NCBI GenBank assembly: GCA_964016885.1
Contig: OZ024740.1
Span: forward strand, 234,112,001-234,176,000
Length of the DNA stretch: 64,000 bases
Source: Eledone cirrhosa
Taxonomy: Eukaryota
Direction: 5' to 3'
In this document: one piece after another, positions 53,442-64,000 of the stretch
Layout of the letters: the number at the start of each line of letters is the position of its first letter
How positions within the stretch are numbered: the stretch's first letter is position 1
Made by a program: the position numbers and the translations under genes
Notes under the pieces: generated by a model
Told to the model about the DNA's origin: nothing
Database searches by the model: none
Seen by the model: only the letters and a program-made list of their open reading frames with translations

Positions 53442-54273
53442 CTTTACAATAACATTTTACATAGATTTTTTAACTTACCATTTTTTATTGCAAGGGAAAT
53501 AACTATTCGCCATGGTAAGCTTCTCTACAAGACGTTGAATTGAATTTAACTGCGAAACTCTTTTACTCTTTTACTCTTTTACTCTTTTACCTGTTCCAGC
53601 CATCCGGCTGAGGCCATGCTGGGACACCGCCCTTCTAAAACATATTTCTAAATTTGATACAGGGCTATGATGTTTGTGGGAAAATTTCAATCAAGTTAAT
53701 GAGCCTAGGAAATTATTGGTACTTATTTTATTTATCCTATAAAGATAAGTTAAAACATGGAATTGATATCAGTCGAATTTGAAGTCAGAATAGAAAGGGA
53801 CGGCGCAGCACATAAATATCCTAGTGTAGGTCCACGACAAAAACCCCACCTGACAAAATCCCCACGAACAATCCTCACACCAACTGGTCAAACCCCACAG
53901 GTGTAAAAATAATAATTATTATTACGTCAGACATTCTACCGATGGGATGCACTCCTTCCGGTTTAGCAGCGGAAAATGGCAATTTCAGAAACAGAGAACA
54001 CGGGATGTCTCGACGGTAACTGGAAGAAATGTCTTTATTTAACATAATTATAATAATATGGTTTCAAATTCTGGCACAAGGGCAGCGGTTTTGGGTGAAG
54101 CAATGTTGATTATATCGACCCAAGTATTTTGACTGGTACTTCATTTTATCGACCTCAGTAAGATGAAAGGTGCTATGTTAATGTAATACACAGTAAAAAT
54201 TATTGCGATGAAAACATGATAGCTATGTTTTATCTTATTAAATATCCAACAGCCACTATCCAGAAGTGAAGCA

Positions 54274-54487
54274 TGAGGGTCGGCTGAAAAGTTCATAGGC
54301 TGTCTATGAAAGAGTGATGGTAGCGCTGTGATATCTCGCATGCATTAATTTCAAATCGTCCTACTAATAAATGCATTGTTTCTTTCCATGGAATATATTG
54401 AAAAATAAACCTCATTGGGTATACTCCGTAAGAATATCTTGGTCAGCCTATGAACTTTCCGCCTATGAACTTTTCAGCCGACCCTCA
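54274..54487. mobile_element. Tc1/mariner-derived MITE
   Basis: 27-bp TIRs tgagggtcggctgaaaagttcataggc / gcctatgaacttttcagccgaccctca followed by TA; fragment also at ~58050-58250. Confidence 0.85.
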
Positions 54488-54812
54488 TATAGTTGATTAA
54501 ATTGACGCCATTTATAACTAATTTATCGATGTTTGAGAATGCAATAGCAAAATCAGCTCCGGCAGGATTTGACTTCCAGATGTGAAGAGATGCACTTAAA
54601 TATTCAATGCCAGCAAACGAAACACTGTCAGCCCTTCCTCTCACCATTTATCATATAAAAAAAAAGAGAGAAAGAGTAAGAAAAAGATTGATTAACAGAA
54701 CCCGCTTTCAAGAAGAGTACACAGTATACGCATGCCCAGCCATTGATGTTTTCATCTAGATTATGAACATCACCTTTCCGGAGTTGACGCTTGAGTTGTT
54801 CATGTTCTAGAC

Positions 54813-55026
54813 CGGGCATGTCAATCATGTGGCCTGCGGGCCACATGCAGTCCTTTACAAACACACCTGCGGCTCATACATAGGTTTTTACAAGAGCATG
54901 TTTTATCTTCGTAATATAAAATATAAAAAAATAGTTATAATGTGCGCAATTAGTTGTCGTGTGTGACCCTCAGACAACAGATGTGTGACCCATGTGGCCC
55001 TCGGGAACCCTAAGTTTGACATGCTG
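54813..55026. mobile_element. hAT (Charlie-like) MITE inserted at an RTE 3' end
   Basis: TIR c.ggcatgtcaa / ttgacatgctg; 8-bp TSD ttctagac. Confidence 0.85.
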
Positions 55027-55029
55027 TTC

Positions 55030-57060
55030 TAGACGATATTCTTCGAAAGTTTTAAACTGTCCTTTATATGCTTTCTCCACTCAGCCCTGTTTAGAACTAT
55101 CTCCTTCCAGTTGTCAATATCGAACGCCAGCTCTTTGGGGTTGTTCATGATGTTGTCATTGTAGTTCTTTTTCGGCATGTGAGGACATTTTCCGAGTTCT
55201 AGCTCACTGTAAAACAATTGCTTTGGAATTCTGCTATCTTCCATGTGGAGTCAAGAAGATATTACTAGAAACTTAATGCTTGGATATTCCGTTCTGACGT
55301 CAGTGTCATGAGTTCTGTATTGTCACTTAATTTTGAAAACGCTGAAGTAATTTGATATGTTTACAGTATAACGTCCAGATTTCGGAGGAGTATCAAAGAG
55401 CTGTCTAAATACACATTCTATACGCACACTTTGGTATTGATAATAATAACGCGATCAGCCCAAACTCTCATTTCCAATTTTCGAAAATCATGTAGGCTTT
55501 CTGCATGTGCAGATGTATTTCAACATCTCTTCACAGAGTCCTTCCCAGTTATTTATCAACAAGCCACAACTTGGTCCTATGAACCGTGATATTGGGTTCT
55601 ACGTGTGCGGGAGTAAACATTGCTTTCGTTTTTGTAAGGCTGATTATAAAACCAAACGCCGTACACGAAGATGAGAAACCGACAATAAGGTGCTGTATGC
55701 CAACAGAGACTTGATATAGAAAGATACGCTGCTCGATGCATTTTTCTTGTATCTGTTTTGCAGTGATGATCATATCAACTGTCCCTCTTCCCCTTCTAAA
55801 ACTACTCTGTGATTCTGGGATAACTACAGGATAGCTACAGATAACTCCAGTCTGTTGAACAAAGGTCTTGCCAGCAGCTTTCAATAGAATGAAAAATCGA
55901 TAGTTAGCACATTTCGATTTTCACCTTTGCCTTTGTATAACAATAACAAAATACCATTGATCCAATCTTGTGGAATCGGAGTCCGTTACATTATCGCTTC
56001 CATTACATTATCACTTCTGACTTTCAACAGTTCGACTGTTTGACTACCAGTTTTACTTTGCCAGAAGGAAGTTGATCCATACGGTTCACTATTTTACATT
56101 GAGGAAGGCTCTTATAACTATAAAATAAACTGATACTGGGTTATCAAACAAGTCAGTAAACTGTTCACTCAAACTCTGAAGGATTTTTGTTATGGCTCTT
56201 TGATGATATTGACGTCGTCTTTAGACCACAGAGAGGTACTGAAGAGGTTGGCAAGCTGAAAACTTGACGTATCAACGAGTAGAACTATTTCAAATCTTTG
56301 GTGTTAAAAGCTTGTTGAATTTCCGAAGACATTTTCGCCTACTACTCATTTTTCATCCAGTGTAGTTTGCGTTGCAGAGTTGACTTGTGATCTCTGTAGG
56401 TTTTCTCAACAGCCGGTTGCATTACATGATTTTGATTCAAGAATGTGCTTGTTTTCCAATAGCTGGTTGATATTAGGATCGTTGTCATCAAATCAGTCTT
56501 GGTGTTTCCTGGTTCTGAAACCAAGAACCTCAGCTCTCATTGAGTAAACCTGATCTCTAAAGTATTTCCAGATGCCATCGGAATCAAGACTATTAAGTAT
56601 TTCAGTTAAGGCTGCACATACATCTACTTGCTCTAGTCTGGTGACATCAATGTGTTTCGGTACTTTCGCACCACCCATACGAATCTTTTTACTGATATTC
56701 AGCTTGAACTTTCCCCGAACTAGTTTGTAGTAGGTGCCACATTCTGCACTACGCAACACATGCACGTGCACACGTCACTTAAATCTCGTTTATGAGTGAT
56801 GATGAAAGCAATCACGTGGCCATGCTTGGATCTTGGGTGAAACTAAGTAGCTTTATGTTTAAGCTTTTAATGAAAAAGAGTGTTGCAGATGGTTATTTTA
56901 AGTTCTGGGAATAGTTCAAGCAGCCTCCGGCCACTGATATTCATTCTACCGATATACAATGGATCGAGTACGCTCCACGTCCCATCATCTCTACCCACAC
57001 GAGCATTAAAATCACTAAGAAGCAATAACTTATCAACGTGTGGATGCAATAGCACCACGA
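55030..57060 (-). pseudogene. Decayed RTE-BovB-like LINE
   Basis: DKLLLLSDFNARVGRD (APE), HVLRSAECGT.YKLVR, PESQ.SFRRGRGTVDMI..AKQIQEKCIEQ (RT), MEDSRIPKQLFYSEL..G (C-terminus). Confidence 0.85.
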
Positions 57061-57578
57061 AAAGACTCATACAAAGAATCAAGGACTCCTTCACTGGCCA
57101 TAAATTTAAGATAGAGAATATCTCCAGCAATAAAGCCACAGCTACCAACATTGATAAATAACTGGATATTCACAGCAGAGCTAAAATATTTCACAACCAA
57201 AAAAGTATGTTAATTTTTGTCGCAGATAAAAGTAATATTATTCCAAAGCCACGTCGACTTAGAAAATGTCGTCAACGATAATTAATGTACTATCAGGTGG
57301 GAAAATGAAGAGTACCAACTACTAAAATGTGTCCTTAGTAAAATGTTTCAAAAAACATTAATTTGTATTCAAAACTGCCGCTAAAAGAGTGACAACGCCT
57401 CGATAATAAATAAAAAACAGAATAAGCAGACGCTACCAGCTACGAACGAAATCGAAGGTGAATGTTTACGATAGATTAATGTCCATACATTTTGACAAAT
57501 GGAGGTCCAACTGTATCAATTGGAAAGCGTTGCTTCTGAGAGAACCCGCTGGAAGGAATGTTTGAGGACATGGCCCTA

Positions 57579-58020
57579 CCAAGAAGAAGAAGAAGAAGAA
57601 GAAGAAGAAGAAGAAGAAGAAGAAGAAGAAGATAGGAGAGGGGGGTTAAGGAGGAGGGGAGGTGGGAAGAAGGGGGTAGGAGAAGGGGAGGTGAAGATGA
57701 GAAGAAGAAGAAGAAGAAGAAGAAGAAGAAGAAGAAGAAGAAGAAGAAGAAGAAGAAGAAGAAGAAGAAGAAGAAGATAGGAGAGGGGGGTTAAGGAGGA
57801 GGGGAGGTGGGAAGAAGGGGGTAGGAGAAGGGGAGGTGAAGATGAGAAGAAGAAGAAGAAGAAGAAGAAGAAGAAGAAGGGTGAGGAGATAGGAGAAGGG
57901 GAGAAGATAAGGGGGAGGGGGAAGAAGGGGGGATAGGAGGGGGAGGGGGGAGAAGAAGAAGAAGCAGAAGAAGAAGAAGAAGAAGAAGAAGAAGAAGAAG
58001 AAGAAGAAGAAGAAGAAGAA
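57579..58020. repeat. (GAA)n polypurine tract with an internal ~70-bp duplicated unit
   Basis: Direct inspection; follows a short RTE 3' fragment (~57450-57578). Confidence 0.9.
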
Positions 58021-58599
58021 TGCAATGCTTCATAAGTATTCAGAACATATAAGAGGTACAGCTGAAAAGTTCATCGGCTGACCAAGATACTCTCATGGAA
58101 TGTAACTAAATTAGGCTTATTTTCCAACATAATCCCCCTTGCTGTATACAGACTTCTTCTATCGGTGTTGCAGTGCTATGATATCATTGGTGATGTAGTC
58201 ATCACTGCCACTGCAATATTGCTTCCCAGCCAAGTGTTTTTACATGTCGTAAAAGAAATAAGGATGTATAATATTAATATTATAAAATCCATAAGGGCGA
58301 TGGATTGGCAGAATCGGTAGGGCGCCGGACAACATGCTCTGTAGCATAGAGTGACGGCTCTTTACGTTGTTAGTTCAAATCTCGCTGAGGTTAGCTTTGC
58401 TTTTCATCACTACGGGGTCGATAAAATAAAGTAGCAGTAATGAACTGAGGTCGATTTAATCGACTTTTCCCTCCACACAAATTGCTGGTGTTGTGCCTAT
58501 ATAAGAAACCATTATAGAGTTCATAGCAATGAAGTTAATTTGTATGTATGCAGTAATGTAGTTACATACAAATTAACTTCATTGCTATGAACTCTATAG

Positions 58600-58886
58600 T
58601 CTAAAAATCTAAAGTCTGTCTTAAGCCAGAAGGCTCATTTGGCCGGTGCTTATCCCGGTTTCATGGCGTGAAGCGACTGGGAGTACAAGACTCCCCCCTG
58701 GACAGGACGCCAGTCCATCGCAGGGTTAAACCCCCAGCTATTTCTGGTACTCATTTTCAGCTGAGTATACTGGAGCAACGTGAAATGAAGTGTTTTACTC
58801 AAGAACACAACACGGAACCCAGGAATCGAACCCACAACATTATGATCGTAAGTCCAACACCCTTACCACTAGACCACGTGCCTCCA
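58600..58886 (-). mobile_element. SINE family 2 (long variant)
   Basis: tRNA-like head, gggttcgattcc B-box, CORE-like centre; 12-bp flanking repeat atgaactctata. Confidence 0.85.
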
Positions 58887-59274
58887 CATGAACTCTATAA
58901 TGTGGTAGTATAGTTGTAATAGGTGGCTATTCATAAGGTCTGCTAATGTTAATGTGAAGATGTTATGTAACTTGTCTTAGTTAGGAGAGCAAACGACAAT
59001 GGTGCGAAAGCTTGATGAAAGGCCTGCGAAATGCTCCAATGTATTTCTCAACCTTTCATGTTTCTTCTTTTTTTATTCTAGTATCAAATTAGGCGCCAGG
59101 TAAAAGGTATGCCGACGTTAATCTTTACTAGTAGTATTACATTACCAGAAAAGGTGACACAGAAAATATACTGACCTCTGCTATGTTCGTAAACTTTTAT
59201 TGCTAATTTGTTTCTGTGTTTGAGTAGTGAGAGTGTAATGTTATGTATATGTGTACTGTTGGAAGCTCATATAT

Positions 59275-59330
<56 letters not shown>

Positions 59331-60275
59331 CAAACACCTGATTGAAAATCTATACCTGCTATACATACATACATACACACATGATGGCTGCCTCCTCGTT
59401 ATCGAGTATGGCCATTGCATGATATACCATTAGTAATAATTATTATTGGATTGGCAGTATCGGTAGAGAGTCGGACGCCATGCTTCCCAGCATAGTTACG
59501 TCCCTTTACGGTCTGAGTTCAAATCCCGCCGAGGTTTACTTTGCCTTTCATCCTTACGGGGTCGATAAAATAAAGTACCAGTAATGCACTGGGTAATTGC
59601 TGGCCTTGTGCCTAACGTAGAAACAATTAATAATTATAAATTAATTCTATCGTGCAATGCCTCTGCGTGAAGATATTTTTTAAAGTGAGGAAAGACTGTG
59701 CACTGAGCCAATCCCACTCTCTGAGCGACAGTAGCTTTCACCCGAAAAGAAGAAAAGATCAACATCATCGGTAACTACTGAGCCGCAGGTCTTATATCGG
59801 ATGTATCCCAGTTTCCTGAGTTGCCTTCTCCTAGAAGAACGCACTGACAAAGGCTAGGGGTCCTTCACTCCCAGTGGTTTAACCGCGCGATCGGGTGTCC
59901 AGCCCAACTATTTCTATGTCCCCGCGCATATACATACACATGCACCCATGTATATACACATATACATACATATGTACATGTGCATATACATATTTACACA
60001 CTTTTGGATGGCCGTTGACTCTTATGAGTTCTTCCGCCCTTTGTCAGGTTTTGTTTTTTATCCTGCAGGGTGTCCAAAATCACCCTCCTCACCAAGTAAA
60101 CTTTGTGGGGTTGCCGGTTTAGTCGCCGACGACCCGAACATGCGACAGGTTGTACTAGGTTACATGTTACCAGTAGCACTCAAGAGTGACCCGACATACA
60201 CACATACATAGATACATACATACATACATACATACATACATACATACATACATACATACATACATACATACATAC

Positions 60276-60727
60276 AGAACTGATGAGAAATCTGCAGATA
60301 CTCCACCCTGATTACACCTTCAGATTTATGCCTGTGATTATTGGGGCACTGGGATATGTTAGTAACTGCCTCAATACAAATCTTGAGAAGCTAGGCTTCA
60401 CAGGAACAGAAAGAACACAACTAGTTAGGAAATTACAAGTACAATCCATTAATGGAACAGTAAAAATATGTAAAACATTCCAAATATTTTGCATCTAATA
60501 ACTGCATATACACATGTACAGATACGAAGCATATACACATGCACACATACAACTCAAAACATACACATCCACACATACAATAACATCCATATCTACACAT
60601 GCATGCATACATCCATATCTACCTAGTTGATGTTGTGTAAATTCCAATGAGAGAGTCTTGTGTCTATGTTAGAAACCGACTCTCTCTCTATTAGTAAAAC
60701 TTTGTGAAATTATAAAACCAGAAGAAC
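60276..60727 (+). mobile_element. 3' end of an RLE-type (R4/Dong-like) non-LTR element in (CATA)n
   Basis: FMPVIIGALG...LQVQSINGTVKICKTF* parallels the C-terminus of the 61.8-kb element (IPIVIGALG...LQKACLLGTARTLR); (CATA)n on both sides. Confidence 0.7.
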
Positions 60728-61699
60728 ATACATACATAGATACATACATACATACATACATACATACATACATGGTGGCTGCCAACTCGTTTTCGAGTAC
60801 GGCCACTACTTTATATCCATGTAGGAGAACTCCTACTGATGCGCTAAGCAAGTGTGACTTTTTAGTCCAGCCAGCGACTTGAAAACTCTGGTACAAACAC
60901 TACACTTGTGACAATTATTGACACATAGTGCTGGGCCCATGGTACCATGTGATGACAAGTGCAGAGAGATCTCCAGATATAAAGCAATGCCTGTGCTGTG
61001 AAGCTTTTATAGTGAGGAAAGGCACTGCACAAAGCCAGTCCCACTCTCTTAACCAAGATGATATTTACCAAAAAGAAGAACAAGTCAACATCATTGGATA
61101 CCATCAGGGTTGCAGGTGTTATATCAGAGTTTTCCTTCTCCTAGAATTCTGCCTTGACAAAGGCTAAGGGGTCATCTCTCCCGGTGATTTTGGATGGCCA
61201 TTGACTCTTAAGAGCTCCTTTGCCCTTTGACAGGTTTTGTTTTTAGTCCTGCAGGATGTCCAGTCACCCTCCTCACCAAGAAACCTTGGTGGGGTTGCCA
61301 GTTTAGTCGCCAACGACCCGACCATGAGACAGGTTGTACTGGGATACATGTTACCAGTAGCACCAACTGGTGACCTGACATACATACATACATACATACA
61401 TACATACATACATACATACATACATACATACATACATACATACATACATACATACATACATACATGATGGCTGCCCCCTCGTTATCGAGTATGGTCATTG
61501 CACGAGAAGAAAAAAAATAAAATATATAAATAAATAAAATAAAATAATAATAATAATATTAATAATAATAATAAATAAATAAAAAAAATAATAAAAAATA
61601 AAAAAAAAATATATATATATATATACATACATACATATATACATACACACATACATACACATAGACACACACATATACACACACACATACATTAATAAC

Positions 61700-61773
<74 letters not shown>

Positions 61774-61779
61774 GGCATT

Positions 61780-61823
<44 letters not shown>

Positions 61824-61825
<2 letters not shown>

Positions 61826-63628
61826 GGCATTTGACATGGTGCCTCATTCCTGGATCACCAAAAGCCTGGAGATCTTCAGGGTGGCAGATAACATCAGAGA
61901 GTTGCTGGGCAGGAGTATGGGGTCCTGGGAGACAGAGTTGACATCAACTGGAGTATCCTTGGGAAGCGTGAAGATCAAGAGAGGTATCTTCCAGGGAGAT
62001 AGCCTGTCCCCTCTGTTGTTTGTCCTTGCCCTGATGCCCTTGACCATTATGCTGCGAAAAGTGAGAGCAGGATACAAGTTGGGAAGGGGAGAGCTTACCA
62101 TCAATCACCTCCTCTTCATGGACGATCTTAAGCTCTTCGGGAAAAGTGAGAAGGAGTTGGATGTGCTTGTTGACACTGTCCGTATTTTCAGCAGTGATAT
62201 ATGTATGCAGTTTGGTATTGGTAAATGTGGAGTCATTGTGATGAGGAGGGGTAGGTTGAGCAGAAGTAACGGGATCCAGATACCAACAGGTGAGATGATA
62301 AAGGAAATTGACTCTGAGGAAGGATACAAGTATTTGGGCGTTCTGGAGGCTGATGGCATAAAGAACAAAAAAATGAAGGAATTGTTAAGAACTGAATACA
62401 TTCGGAGAGTAAGGAGCGTATTGAAGTCACATCTGAACAGCAGAAATGCCATAAGCGCAGTAAATTCCCGAGCTGTGTCTATTATTAGGTACAGTGCGGG
62501 AATTCTGAGATGGAATGTTGCTGAACAAAAAGAAATGGATAGGAAGACTAGGAAGCTATTGACTATCTACAACATGTTCCACAAGAGGAGTGATGTCGAT
62601 AGACTCTACCTAAGGAGATCTGAGGGTGGAAGAGGTCTTATCAGCATAGAGGACTGTGTTCAGATGGAGAAAAACAACCTATACAAATACGTGACCTATA
62701 GTAAGGAGCCAATGCTCAGAGCTGTACTGAAGGAGGGGAGAGTAGGCCAGGGGATACCCAAGGAGGAAATAACATCAAGGAGGAAGAGCAGCCTTAAGGG
62801 AAAATCCCTTCATAGTACCTTCTTTGAGAAAACTGAATTTAGAGATCCACAGACATGGAACTGGTTGAGAAGAGGAGACCTCAAAAAGGCTACAGAAGGA
62901 ATGCTAATGGCTGCGCAGGAGCAGGCCCTCAAAACGAAGTGGTTGAAGCACCATATCTACAAGGAGGAGGCTAGCCCACTGTGCAGGATCTGTGGAGAGA
63001 GAGAGGAGACTGTGGCTCACATTGTGTCCGAGTGTAAACACCTAGCCCAGACCCACTATAAGGGCTGGAGACACGATGTGATGGGCAGGGTGATCCACTG
63101 GCACCTGTGCAAAGTAAACAATCTACCACATTCTGAGAAATGGTATGAGCATAGGCCAGAGGCGGTGATGGAGAACAGTCAGGTGAAGGTGCTGTGGGAT
63201 TTTAGGATACAGACGGACAAAAAACTGGAACACAATAGACCTGACCTGGTGGTTGTGGACAAAGAAAAAAGATCGTGCCTGATTGTGGATGTGGCCTGCC
63301 CGTTCGACACGAGAGTGCAAGAGAAGGAGAGGGAGAAAATTAACCGATACCAGGACCTAAAGTGGGAGGTGAAAAGGATTTGGAACTGCCATGAAGTCAA
63401 AGTGATCCCGATTGTCATAGGCGCACTGGGGACTATCTCCAAAGGTTTCCAGGGATGGTTAAAGAAAATCGGCCCCTTCACGCTTTTTGGAACGCTTCAA
63501 AAGGCATGCTTGCTTGGAACGGCAAGAACCCTCCGATACGTCCTGAATATCTGAGGCTGCAGGTAGTGGCTTGATATTCAATCCAACGGACTTTCCAGTT
63601 AACCAACATCAATGACTGAGATTCAAGG
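61824..63628 (+). mobile_element. R4/Dong-like non-LTR retrotransposon, 5'-truncated, intact RT-CCHC-RLE frame (61836-63554)
   Basis: KAFDMVPHSWI, RGIFQGDSLSPLLF, HLLFMDDLKL, YKYLG, GGRGL, CRIC...ETVAHIVSEC, RHD, RPDLVVVD..IVDVACP, EKINRY; (TAA)n on both sides, the established Dong target. Confidence 0.93.
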
Positions 63629-63640
63629 AATAACAATAAC

Positions 63641-63670
<30 letters not shown>

Positions 63671-63675
<5 letters not shown>

Positions 63676-64000
63676 AGGAATTGTTAAGAACTGAATACAT
63701 TCGGAGAGTAAGGAGCGTATTGAAGTCACATCTGAACAGCAGAAATGCCATAAGCGCAGTAAATTCCCGAGCTGTGTCTATTATTAGGTACAGTGCGGGA
63801 ATTCTGAGATGGAATGTTGCTGAACAAAAAGAAATGGATAGGAAGACTACGAAGCTATTGACTATCTACAACATGTTCCACAAGAGGAGTGATGTCGATA
63901 GACTCTACCTAAGGAGATCTGAGGGTGGAAGAGGTCTTATCAGCATAGAGGACTGTGTTCAGATGGAGAAAAACAACCTATACAAATACGTGACCTATAG
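63671..64000 (+). mobile_element. Second, more 5'-truncated copy of the same R4/Dong-like element
   Basis: Matches from ~62372 onward with one difference that I could see; runs off the window. Confidence 0.92.

Noticed and set aside
57499-58033. Poly-E/R/S/L ORFs
   Set aside because: Translations of the (GAA)n tract.

Overview
Repeat-saturated, AT-rich eukaryotic DNA. The SINE families and the (TA)n/(CA)n/(GA)n load suggest a coleoid cephalopod such as Octopus (inference). The only host coding sequence I can support is the 5' end of a secreted GH18 chitinase on the minus strand: a signal-peptide exon at 8853-8910 spliced in phase to an exon at 498-680. The rest is tRNA-derived SINEs, hAT and mariner MITEs, Helitron derivatives, LINEs (two Tx1-like copies next to (GATA)n, an intact 5'-truncated R4/Dong-like RT-RLE element in (TAA)n, decayed RTE and CR1 pieces), decayed Penelope-like (PLE) RT/GIY-YIG remnants, and minisatellites. 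The standout signal is not in the ORF track. Between 2.1 and 25.8 kb I can fold by eye about 24 type I hammerhead ribozyme (HHR) motifs from at least 10 sequence families. They sit in short non-coding elements embedded in (TA)n tracts, and many are 100-200 bp-arm fold-back palindromes carrying head-to-head ribozymes. All folds are by eye; activity and novelty need computation and experiment.
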